From a virus (Duplodnaviria; Caudoviricetes): 55,845 nucleotides of DNA. The notes under the pieces are model-generated. The model was not told the DNA's origin. It searched no databases and worked only from the letters and a program-made list of their open reading frames with translations. This document shows, piece by piece, positions 46,207 to 54,939 of this stretch. Where the stretch lies: IMG/VR virus record IMGVR_UViG_3300032235_000724, positions 1-55,845 of that record; one strand, given 5' to 3'. Position 1 is the stretch's first letter; each line of letters begins with the position of its first letter. The position numbers and the translations under genes were made by a program.

Positions 46207-46468
46207 GCGTAGATGGTGCGGAGGAAAACCTGGGCGTGAACATGATCCTATGTGGCAGCATAGTAAAAAAACAGGTGGAAGCCCTAATTCCGTGTGTTGG
46301 CTAGAATATATCTGCCAACGCTGTCATAAATCATTAGATACATTTTGGAGATTTGAGGCTTGGCCGCAATCTCTTTCGCATCATCATACATATGAACAAC
46401 CGGAGGTTGGCTCACGCGAACCCCTAAAGAAAAGAGAAAAAGATGGCGGACCTAAAGTGGACAAGTGA
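46157..46468 (+). CDS. Hypothetical protein with Zn-binding motif
   Basis: KKDKRRWCGGKPGREH..CQRC; GAGG RBS. Confidence 0.6.
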   Translation: MNIKDDETPKHRSKKDKRRWCGGKPGREHDPMWQHSKKTGGSPNSVCWLEYICQRCHKSLDTFWRFEAWPQSLSHHHTYEQPEVGSREPLKKREKDGGPKVDK

Positions 46469-46712
46469 AGCGGACGATTATTATAAAGAGGTACATTTTC
46501 TAAAAGTTGGTAATTTTGAGGTTGTGATCAACCAGATTGACGAAAATAACTTTGACTGGTTTGTAAACAATCATGATGACAACGGCGATATCTTGTGGCA
46601 TAGTCTCATTGAAGGCACGGGCAGCAGCCTACGCCAATGTAAAAAAGACTCACTTGAGTGCATGGAAAAGTTAGCCAAGGATTTTAAAGTATACGCAAAG
46701 GAGACGAAGTAA
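46443..46712 (+). CDS. Hypothetical protein
   Basis: Packing; C-terminal G..SLRQCKK resembles 40681. Confidence 0.55.
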   Translation: MADLKWTSEADDYYKEVHFLKVGNFEVVINQIDENNFDWFVNNHDDNGDILWHSLIEGTGSSLRQCKKDSLECMEKLAKDFKVYAKETK

Positions 46713-46729
46713 ATATACATGACCACATT

Positions 46730-46777
46730 TCTCCCTTTAGATACTACTTATTGTATGGTAATGTATCTAAAGGGAGA
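46730..46777 (+). promoter_or_regulatory. RBS-sequestering hairpin with CTACTTATT motif
   Basis: Perfect 15-bp stem TCTCCCTTTAGATAC / GTATCTAAAGGGAGA before ATG 46786. Confidence 0.78.
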
Positions 46778-46785
46778 TTCTTATT

Positions 46786-47577
46786 ATGCGTGAAGAAACA
46801 AAAGCAAGAAGAGAACAGGGTCGTCATAAGATTTGTCCAAACTGTCAAGTAGAGTTTTGTTCGCTGACGCCTACTGGATATAGGACTCCAAAAGAAGTTG
46901 CATGCACAAAAGAGTGCGCATACAAATATGGCGTACAGATTCGGTACGATAAAGGTTCTTATGTTAGAACAGAAGAGGCCATAAAAAAAGATTTTGCAAC
47001 GAAAGTCTCAAAGAACTCCGAGCATGGTAAAAAATGGGCAAAGACTCTACAAGATAGAAAAGATCGTGGCCTCGGTAACTACGATAAAGAAAAATATAAA
47101 CATTGGTCACAGACTCCCAAGGGAAGACAAAAGATAAGTGAAACTCATAAAGGTCGTGAAGTTTCTGCGTACGCAAGGAAGCTTATGAGCGAGAGAATGA
47201 AAAAACTCTTGCATGACAACCCAGAAAAAGTATATTCAAATGCTAATGGTGGCAAAAGAGCAGATCTAAACAATCAATACTTTCGTAGTAACTGGGAAGC
47301 GAACTACGCAAGAATATTGAACGAACAAAATATATCATGGCAATATGAACCAGAGACTTTTGATTTATCTAATGGAACAACATACACGCCAGATTTCAAG
47401 ATAGGCGATAATAAATTCGTTGAGATAAAAGGCTGGTACGATAAAGACTCTCGACAAAAAATATCTTCATTTTTGAAAGAATACCCGCAATACGAGCTTG
47501 ACTTGATTGGCGAGTCAGAGTACTATTCTCTTCGTTCGCTATTCAAACATAAAATAACAGGATGGGAAGGTAAATAA
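46786..47577 (+). mobile_element. Putative homing endonuclease: Zn finger, NUMOD3-like repeat and PD-(D/E)XK nuclease
   Basis: CPNC..CTKEC; KISETHKG; FRSNWEAN..YEPETF..YTPDF..VEIKGW. Confidence 0.8.
47498..47526 (+). promoter_or_regulatory. Sigma70-type promoter inside the nuclease 3' end, upstream of dnaE
   Basis: TTGACT-N17-TACTAT. Confidence 0.55.
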
Positions 47578-50500
47578 TGTCTGAGAGAAAGAAGCCGTCA
47601 ATTCCTTTTGCTTCACTTCATTCACACGATACATTTTCGATTTTTGATGGCCTCGGTTATCCAGAGGAACATTGCGAATTTGCCTATAAAAATGGCCTCG
47701 TTGGATATGCTCAAACTAATCACGGAAACATGAATGGTTTTGGTTATGCTTTTCAGCAAGCTAAAAAAATGCAAGCAGATGGGCGTAGTGACTTCAAGAT
47801 TATTTATGGTATTGAAGCCTATGTCCATCCCTCTATTGAGGAATGGAAGGTTGAGCGCGAGAAGCACAAGGAAGATGCAAAACTTGCCAAGCAGGTTGAC
47901 GAAGATGTCGGCCTTGTTGTAGAGGATGAAAATGAAAGCAAACGTGTTGTCAAGTCCACGCTCAACCAGCGCAGCCATCTTGTACTTACAGCCCAAAACC
48001 AAACCGGCCTCAACAACCTTTTTAGACTCGTTAGCAACTCTTATCGTGGTGACAACTTTTATCGCTTTCCTCGGATGGATTATAACGATCTTCGCAAGAA
48101 TAGTGACGGGATTATTGCTTCAAGTGCATGTATCGGTGGCGTGCTGGGCAATGATTACTGGTGCAATAGAGATCTGGGCGATAAGGCGGTTCTTGAGGCA
48201 ATGAGCAAGACCGTAGAATCCATGATGGATATCTTTGGTGATCGCTTTTATGGCGAACTCCAATGGGCCAACTATGCCGAGCAACATATCATTAATCAAA
48301 AGATTATTGAGTTGAGCAAGGTTTATGGATTCAAACTAATTAGCACCTGCGATGCCCACTTTCCTAATCCAGATGTCTGGAAGGACCGTGAAATCTATAA
48401 GATGATCGGCTGGATGGGTAAGAAAAAGGACGAACAGAAAATCGATGCGCTACCTTCAACACTTGCGGAAATGGAGTATCAACTTTATCCTAAAAATGGA
48501 GATGAGTTATTTGCAGCATACCGACATTTTTCACAGCGTCTTGGATTTACTTACGATGATCGGCTTGTCGAAGACTCTATTACTCGCACCGTTGATATTG
48601 CACATAACCGTATCACTTCTTACACACCCGATACAAACATTAAACTTCCGTCCTTTGTTGTTCCCGAAGGTGAAACGGCTGATACTGCCCTTGCTAAACT
48701 TGCGGTTACTTCCTTAAAGGATAGCGGACTATATAAGGATCAAACCTATATTGACCGTCTAAAGGAAGAACTCCATACAATCAAGGATCGTGGATTCTCT
48801 AAATACTTCCTTACAATGAAGACGATTACGGATAAGGCAAAGGCCAACCAACTTTGCGGCGATGGTCGTGGAAGCGGCGCTGGTTCGCTTGTTTCATATC
48901 TTCTTGATATTACGGCGGTTGACCCAATCAAGTATAAACTACAGTTCAGCCGGTTTATCCGTAAGACGGATAAGTCATATCCCGATATTGACTTTGATGT
49001 CAGCGACCCAATGGAACTAAAGGAAATGTTTATTCGGGAGTATGGGGAGAACACGGTTGTACCTATCAGCAACTTCAATACCTTAAAGGCTCGTTCGCTT
49101 ATCAAGGATATTAGCAAACTATATGATATCCCATTTCAAGAGGTCAACGATGTCACCAGTAAAATGATCTTTGAGGCCAAAGGACCGGCAATGAAAGAGC
49201 ATGGTATGACTGCCGGTGCATATGAGCCTACTTGGGAAGAACTAAAAAAATATAGCCCTACGCTTGCCAACTATCTCCTAAAGTATCCCGATGTTGCGAC
49301 CCATGTAGAAACCCTACAACGCCAGATCAGGAGCATCAGTCGTCATGCTGGCGGTGTATTATTTGCAGATAACCTTGATGAAAAGATGCCGCTTATCAAT
49401 AGCGGTGGTGTAGTCCAGACTCCTTGGACGGAAGGACAAACTGTACGCCATCTTGAGCCGCTTGGATTTATTAAGTTTGATATCCTTGGTCTTGCTTCTC
49501 TCCGAATGTTAGAGACGGCCATCAGCCATATTCTAAAAAACCATCACGGCATAAAGGAACCAACCTTTGCGGATATCAAGAAATATTATGACGAGAACCT
49601 GCATAACGAGAAACTAAATCTTGACGATCAAGCCGTATACGAAAATGTTTTCCATAATGGCAACTTCCTTGGGACATTCCAGTTTACAAACGATGGCGCA
49701 CAGGATTTCTGTAAGCAAAGTAAGCCAAGAAGCATTGTAGATATTGCGGCTATTACGAGTATTTATCGTCCAGGTCCGCTGTCCGCAAATGTAGATAAAA
49801 AGTATGTAGAGGCAAAGGAAAACCCAAATGCCGTACATTATCTAAATGATATCGTAGAGGAGGTTACAAAGGAGACTTATGGATTTATTGTTTTCCAAGA
49901 GCAACTTTCGCTACTTGCACATAAACTTGGACGAGATATTTCGCTTGACGAAGGCAATGAACTACGCAAGGTCTTAACGAAGAAGGGTACTGGCAAGGAG
50001 GCACAGGTAAAGGCCGCACTATATGATAAGTTTATTGCAGGCTGCGTAGACAAGGGTATCCACGAAAAGGATGCAGATAAACTCTGGAAAACAATGGAGT
50101 TTTTCAGCGGTTATGGCTTCAATCTTGCCCACGCCGTATGTTATTCAATCCTGTCATATCAATGTGCATGGTTGTGGCACTATTACCCAGCCGAATGGGC
50201 GTGTGCATTTCTTGATAAGGAACCAGAAGACCGTAAGGAAAGTGCTATTTCGGCAGTCAAGGGATATGGGCTAAAGATCAAGCCACTGGATATCAATATG
50301 TCTGGTACTGTATGGACCGTCGCAGAGGGCGACGATAAAACTCTTGTCCAGCCCCTATCGTCAATCAAGGGTCTTGGAGATACCGCTATTAGTGAGATTA
50401 TGAATAACCGTCCATTCAAGGATATTGAGGACTTGCTATTCAACGACAATGTGAAGTATAACAAGCTAAACAAGCGGGGTCTTGACGCCCTGTCCAGAAG

Positions 50501-51008
50501 CGGCGCACTAAACTGCCTTATGGATAACCGCTTCACAGGTATGAAGCATTTTTGGAGTGCCGTAGCAGTAGACCGCCCAAAGACAAAAAAGAAGTTCCTA
50601 GAGAACATTGAACGCTATAAGCCAGAGGGAGATTTCAGCGACGAGGAAAAGATTGAGCATGTTACTGCGCTAACGGGCGTATATCCCTTGAGCCTTGTTG
50701 TGACACCAGAGATTAGCAAGCGCCTAACAGAAAAGAATATCAAGCCACTTGGCGAGGCAGCCGAGGAACAAGGTGGACTATGCTGGTTCGTACCACGCAA
50801 AAAGGAAGTAAAGCAGACAAAAACAGGCAAGCCATACTGGATTGTTAGTGCTACGGACAGCACAAATCAGTTGACAGACATCAAGTGTTGGGGTATTATG
50901 ACTACCGATGTTATCCATATGAACCGTCCGTACCTTGGACAAGTCCAAAAGGATAACTTCGGACTTTCAATTCGCAGTCTTAAGTCGCAACTTAAGTTAC
51001 TTGCATAG
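47577..51008 (+). CDS. dnaE: DNA polymerase III alpha subunit (family C)
   Basis: PHP domain LHSHD..TNHG; GRGSGAGSLV, YPDIDFD, SRHAGG, KFDILGL, YRPGP, VFQEQ, YGFN.AHA. Confidence 0.95.
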   Translation: MSERKKPSIPFASLHSHDTFSIFDGLGYPEEHCEFAYKNGLVGYAQTNHGNMNGFGYAFQQAKKMQADGRSDFKIIYGIEAYVHPSIEEWKVEREKHKEDAKLAKQVDEDVGLVVEDENESKRVVKSTLNQRSHLVLTAQNQTGLNNLFRLVSNSYRGDNFYRFPRMDYNDLRKNSDGIIASSACIGGVLGNDYWCNRDLGDKAVLEAMSKTVESMMDIFGDRFYGELQWANYAEQHIINQKIIELSKVYGFKLISTCDAHFPNPDVWKDREIYKMIGWMGKKKDEQKIDALPSTLAEMEYQLYPKNGDELFAAYRHFSQRLGFTYDDRLVEDSITRTVDIAHNRITSYTPDTNIKLPSFVVPEGETADTALAKLAVTSLKDSGLYKDQTYIDRLKEELHTIKDRGFSKYFLTMKTITDKAKANQLCGDGRGSGAGSLVSYLLDITAVDPIKYKLQFSRFIRKTDKSYPDIDFDVSDPMELKEMFIREYGENTVVPISNFNTLKARSLIKDISKLYDIPFQEVNDVTSKMIFEAKGPAMKEHGMTAGAYEPTWEELKKYSPTLANYLLKYPDVATHVETLQRQIRSISRHAGGVLFADNLDEKMPLINSGGVVQTPWTEGQTVRHLEPLGFIKFDILGLASLRMLETAISHILKNHHGIKEPTFADIKKYYDENLHNEKLNLDDQAVYENVFHNGNFLGTFQFTNDGAQDFCKQSKPRSIVDIAAITSIYRPGPLSANVDKKYVEAKENPNAVHYLNDIVEEVTKETYGFIVFQEQLSLLAHKLGRDISLDEGNELRKVLTKKGTGKEAQVKAALYDKFIAGCVDKGIHEKDADKLWKTMEFFSGYGFNLAHAVCYSILSYQCAWLWHYYPAEWACAFLDKEPEDRKESAISAVKGYGLKIKPLDINMSGTVWTVAEGDDKTLVQPLSSIKGLGDTAISEIMNNRPFKDIEDLLFNDNVKYNKLNKRGLDALSRSGALNCLMDNRFTGMKHFWSAVAVDRPKTKKKFLENIERYKPEGDFSDEEKIEHVTALTGVYPLSLVVTPEISKRLTEKNIKPLGEAAEEQGGLCWFVPRKKEVKQTKTGKPYWIVSATDSTNQLTDIKCWGIMTTDVIHMNRPYLGQVQKDNFGLSIRSLKSQLKLLA

Positions 51009-51016
51009 GAGAAAAC

Positions 51017-51355
51017 ATGAAACATTTGTTTAGTAATCAAATAAACGGCACATGGAAAAATCCATTGCCACAACAGTCTAGACCAAAGTGTTCTTATTTC
51101 GGAAAGCCGATTTCGACAAATGATTTTATTTATTATGCGGCTTCTGTGGAGTTGGCGTATATTCCAGAAGATGATAGCAAAGATGCAAAAATGATACCAA
51201 TCAATACAATGGTATTGATTCCTTGCCTCGAATCAGAATTTGATACATTAAATCACGCTTTTGAGTATATCGATTTAGGAGAAAATACTAAACAGTTAGA
51301 GTCAACCTTGGCAAAAGATATTCCTCTTTTTGTCAACCGCTCAAGAAAGGTATAA
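51017..51355 (+). CDS. Hypothetical protein
   Basis: AGGAG RBS. Confidence 0.6.
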   Translation: MKHLFSNQINGTWKNPLPQQSRPKCSYFGKPISTNDFIYYAASVELAYIPEDDSKDAKMIPINTMVLIPCLESEFDTLNHAFEYIDLGENTKQLESTLAKDIPLFVNRSRKV

Positions 51356-51356
51356 A

Positions 51357-51902
51357 ATGGGCAAAATGGCAGATTTGTACGATCAAGAACAAGAAAACAG
51401 GAAACGCGCTCTACAAGAACTTATTGAAATCAGCGAAAACTACGGAGGATATGACATGGAACCAATCAAACTAGAGTACAAACCACTAAGCGAAACCGCC
51501 AAGAAGCCCGAAAAAGCCCACAGTTATGATGCTGCGTGGGATCTATTTGCGGACTGCCCAAATCAAATCCTTGCTATTGAGCCTGGACAAACAAAGATCG
51601 TGCCAACTAATATTGCCATCCGTCCACCTCGCGGTTATTCATGCGATATTCGTGGCCGCAGTGGCATGAATAGCAAGGGCAAGTTGGCTATCCTTGGCCT
51701 TGTTGATGCGGATTATACTGGTCCTTGGGGCGTTGTACTTCACAATAGCACTAATGATACAATCCGTATTGGTCATCATGATAAGATCGCTCAGTTTACC
51801 GTAAACCGTGTTATTGAGAGTTACCTATCCGATGTTGACGATTTCCGTCTACAGGACGGCGCACGGGGTACAGGTGGCTTTGGAAGCACAGGTGCCAAGT
51901 GA
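51357..51902 (+). CDS. dut: Trimeric dUTPase (alternative start at 51456)
   Basis: DAAWDL, IRGRSG, GLVDADYTG, KIAQ, RGTGGFGSTG. Confidence 0.92.
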   Translation: MGKMADLYDQEQENRKRALQELIEISENYGGYDMEPIKLEYKPLSETAKKPEKAHSYDAAWDLFADCPNQILAIEPGQTKIVPTNIAIRPPRGYSCDIRGRSGMNSKGKLAILGLVDADYTGPWGVVLHNSTNDTIRIGHHDKIAQFTVNRVIESYLSDVDDFRLQDGARGTGGFGSTGAK

Positions 51903-52129
51903 ACCGTAAGCAGCGGCGTCAAATAGAAAAAATGGTAGGCAAGGGTACTGCCACGAAGTTAGATATGATGCTCAATCTACCAGACAAATGCCATAAATGC
52001 CTTACGCCATATGATAAAAAAAGCAAAGAAATGGCAATGTCATGGTTTGTAGATATTTACGAACAACAGCGCCTAACCGTTCTAACCTGCCCAACCTGCC
52101 GAGAAAAGAGAGAAGATGAGCCACTTTAA
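51899..52129 (+). CDS. Small Zn-finger protein
   Basis: MNRKQRR start; CHKC..CPTC. Confidence 0.6.
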   Translation: MNRKQRRQIEKMVGKGTATKLDMMLNLPDKCHKCLTPYDKKSKEMAMSWFVDIYEQQRLTVLTCPTCREKREDEPL

Positions 52130-53141
52130 AGAATATCTAACATATGACGATGTACTGATGGTCCCGCAATACAGCGAGATCAAGAGCCGCAGTGAATGTG
52201 ATACCCGCGTATATTTAGACAAGACTTTGTATCTTGACATCCCCATTATTGCCAGCCCAATGGATACAATCAGCGGCCCAGAAATGGCTTATGGCATGGA
52301 TAAACTTGGCGGCATGGCAGTTATCCACCGTTATAATACCATCGATGAACAAGTAGCCTTGGTAAAATCTACCCTTACCCGTGGTAAAAAGAATATCGGT
52401 GCCGCTATTGGTGCAACCGGCGACTACCTTGAGCGTTCACAAGAACTTGTAAAGGCTGGCGCAAATCTACTATGTGTAGATGTTGCACACGGCCACCATA
52501 TTCTTGTGGAGGACGCTCTATCTGACCTTCGCCGCCAACATGGAAGCCATATTCATATCATGGCTGGCAATGTTGCTACCGCCCGAGGCTTTGCAGACCT
52601 TGAGGCTTGGGGCGCAGACAGCATCCGTATTGGGGTAGGTAATGGATCTATCTGTAGCACCCGCCTACAAACAGGTCACGGCGTACCAAGTTTTACCTTA
52701 TTGCAGGAATGCGCGAATATTACCAAGGGTGCAAAGCTTATTGCTGACGGTGGTTTGAAGACCAGCGGCGATATCGTAAAAGCCCTTGCAGCAGGAGCCG
52801 ATGCTGTTATGCTTGGTTCTATGTTGAGCGGAACCGATGCCTGCCCCGGTGATTTCATTGAGCGGGACGGTAAACTTTATAAAACCTACCGTGGCATGGC
52901 GTCAAGCGAAGCGCAAAATGATTGGCGCGGCAAATCATCAGCACCCGAAGGTATTAGCGCAACTGTGCCATATAAGGGTAAGTTGGAAGATGTTGTTGCC
53001 AATATCGTTGGCGGTATTCGTTCTGGCATGAGTTATAGTAATGCCAAGTTCTTATCTGAACTGCAAGCCAAGGCCCAGTTTATTCGTCAAACCGGCGCAG
53101 GACAGGTAGAAAGTTCTACCCATATCCTAAACAGGGTATAA
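52116..53141 (+). CDS. guaB: IMP dehydrogenase / GMP reductase family protein (no CBS domains)
   Basis: LTYDDVL, SPMDT, DVAHGH, AGNVAT, GNGSICSTR, IADGG, YRGMAS, PEG, GIRSGMSY. Confidence 0.88.
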   Translation: MSHFKEYLTYDDVLMVPQYSEIKSRSECDTRVYLDKTLYLDIPIIASPMDTISGPEMAYGMDKLGGMAVIHRYNTIDEQVALVKSTLTRGKKNIGAAIGATGDYLERSQELVKAGANLLCVDVAHGHHILVEDALSDLRRQHGSHIHIMAGNVATARGFADLEAWGADSIRIGVGNGSICSTRLQTGHGVPSFTLLQECANITKGAKLIADGGLKTSGDIVKALAAGADAVMLGSMLSGTDACPGDFIERDGKLYKTYRGMASSEAQNDWRGKSSAPEGISATVPYKGKLEDVVANIVGGIRSGMSYSNAKFLSELQAKAQFIRQTGAGQVESSTHILNRV

Positions 53142-53142
53142 T

Positions 53143-53469
53143 ATGAGCGATATCTATAAAAACCGTACAAAGAAAATAGTTTTCTATGAAAATACGCAAC
53201 TTCACGCCCAAGCCCTCACAAAAATGAAGGTGGACGGGGTGAAGCAGCGTATCCTTTTTAGGGTTTTCTTAGAAGCATTTATTGCCGACGAACCAGCAAT
53301 ACGGGATCTTATAGAGCGCCACCCAGAAGTAAAAATGCGTAAGCAGCGTAAAAAGCGCATATTGCGCGAAGAACGCAAGGCAAGTAAACAAAGCACAGAA
53401 CTCAACCTTGACAGGGAGTTTATTGAGAACCTCTTTGATATTATCGCAGAGGAGAATGGTGACCTATGA
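53143..53469 (+). CDS. Hypothetical, possible ribbon-helix-helix DNA-binding protein
   Basis: KKIVFY strand followed by two predicted helices; basic C-terminal region. Confidence 0.45.
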   Translation: MSDIYKNRTKKIVFYENTQLHAQALTKMKVDGVKQRILFRVFLEAFIADEPAIRDLIERHPEVKMRKQRKKRILREERKASKQSTELNLDREFIENLFDIIAEENGDL

Positions 53470-53702
53470 GTTGTAAAAATGAATGTGTTGATAGTGGAGT
53501 ATCATGTTTATCCCAAAAATGCCGACATTGGATCGAATATGACGAAGATTATAACTGTTCGCTTGTAAGTGCCGACAAGGGTCCGCTTACACTGGACGAA
53601 ATATCAAAACGATTAGGCTTGAGCCTTGTGCGAGTAAAGCAAATAGAAGATAAAGCACTAGTCAAACTTAAAAAAAGAGTAGCAAAAACTTTACATGAGT
53701 AA
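53466..53702 (+). CDS. Stand-alone sigma70 region-4 HTH protein with Cys-rich N-terminus
   Basis: LTLDEISKRLGLSLVRVKQIEDKALVKLK; five N-terminal Cys. Confidence 0.8.
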   Translation: MSCKNECVDSGVSCLSQKCRHWIEYDEDYNCSLVSADKGPLTLDEISKRLGLSLVRVKQIEDKALVKLKKRVAKTLHE

Positions 53703-53730
53703 CTTTTTTGTGCTTTTAGAGCAAGGTGTA

Positions 53731-53765
53731 CTATTTATTAGTATAAAATAGGTGTATGCATACAC
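53731..53765 (+). promoter_or_regulatory. Putative late promoter motif plus 14-bp palindrome
   Basis: CTATTTATT at 53731; GTGTATGCATACAC at 53752-53765. Confidence 0.5.
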
Positions 53766-53796
53766 ATCCTATCAACATTATCCCTAGGAGATAAAA

Positions 53797-54621
53797 ATGT
53801 CAGACAAGAAGAAGTTACTTGAAGAAAGCACTATTCGTCGCTTTATGAAGCTTGCGAATATTAAGCCACTAAACGAAATGGATATGGCAGGCGGTGTTCC
53901 ATCGTCTGATCCAAGCCGTTTTGCAGGACACTCATCTGTTGCAAATGAACGCAACAATGTATCAGGTCTTCGTGAAGAAGAAGAACCAGCCGAAGAACCA
54001 GAAATGGACGGCGAAGAAGCCGGTGAGGAAGCACCAGAAGAATTACCAGCCCCAGAAATGGGCGGCATGGAAGGAGGTGACCTCAAGGCCAAAGTTGACG
54101 CTCTCGTTGACGCATTTAATGCACTATTAACAGACCTACCAGGAATGGAAGGAACTGAAGTTGGCGTTGAAGACGAAGCTGGCGAAGAGGGTGGTGAAAT
54201 GCCAGACCTAGGCGGCGAAGGTCCAGAAATGGAAGAAGAAGGCCTCTATGAAGAACTCGAAGAAGAAGGTCTAACCGAAGAACTTGAAGAAGAAGGCTAC
54301 AAGCAAGAAGAAGGCAAGAAGCCAGATTTCCTAAAGAAAGGTGAAGAAAAAAAGAAAGAGGTCAAAGAAGAAGGCAAAGAGAAGCTAGATAAAGAAGAAC
54401 TTGCCGAAGAACTTACCCGTCGCGTTGCTGCTCGTCTTATGGCAGAAATGACCAAGCACAGCAAATTCGTCAAGAAAGGCACTACTGGTCCAAAAGCCCT
54501 AACCGGCGCAGGAACCAAGAGCCACGGCCCAGTTAAGGGTCACGGTCCAAAGAAAGTTGCTCCATACAACAAGCACGTTGGAGTCAAGGGACTTGGCGGC
54601 AAGGGCGGAAAAGGCAAGTAA
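53797..54621 (+). CDS. Highly acidic scaffold / prohead-core-like protein
   Basis: LLEESTIRRFMKLANI; Glu/Pro/Gly-rich; repeated LxE; basic Gly/Lys tail. Confidence 0.6.
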   Translation: MSDKKKLLEESTIRRFMKLANIKPLNEMDMAGGVPSSDPSRFAGHSSVANERNNVSGLREEEEPAEEPEMDGEEAGEEAPEELPAPEMGGMEGGDLKAKVDALVDAFNALLTDLPGMEGTEVGVEDEAGEEGGEMPDLGGEGPEMEEEGLYEELEEEGLTEELEEEGYKQEEGKKPDFLKKGEEKKKEVKEEGKEKLDKEELAEELTRRVAARLMAEMTKHSKFVKKGTTGPKALTGAGTKSHGPVKGHGPKKVAPYNKHVGVKGLGGKGGKGK

Positions 54622-54648
54622 TATATAGCCTCGCAGTAATATAATATT

Positions 54649-54677
54649 GGCAGTTGGCTTTGGCCAACTGCCTTTTT
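54649..54677 (+). terminator. Rho-independent terminator
   Basis: GGCAGTTGGC / GCCAACTGCC plus TTTTT. Confidence 0.8.
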
Positions 54678-54753
54678 ATTTTTATTGATTCTATTTATTA
54701 TCTGGTGTAACATAGCCCAGTTATGCACTACTTACAATATTAGGAGATAAACC

Positions 54754-54939
54754 ATGAATCGCGACGAACAAACAATAAAAATCATAAGAAGTCTTATAAA
54801 TGAGGTGACAGAGGAACTGAAGTCGGGTATCATCACTGAATCAGTCCAAGCAGCAGTCCGCGAGGAAAGCGAAGAGAAGTTACTAAAGGAGCATGTAACT
54901 CGCAGGGTTGTCAAACTTCTAAAAGAATCTGGGGACTAA
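54754..54939 (+). CDS. Small protein with repeated (I/L)xE motifs
   Basis: AGGAG RBS; LINE, IITE, LLKE twice; CTATTTATT at 54691. Confidence 0.6.
   Translation: MNRDEQTIKIIRSLINEVTEELKSGIITESVQAAVREESEEKLLKEHVTRRVVKLLKESGD

Noticed and set aside
47577-51008. Inteins in DnaE (also checked helicase, RNR and RecA)
   Set aside because: Lengths are normal and no C..HN/C splice junctions or LAGLIDADG blocks were seen.
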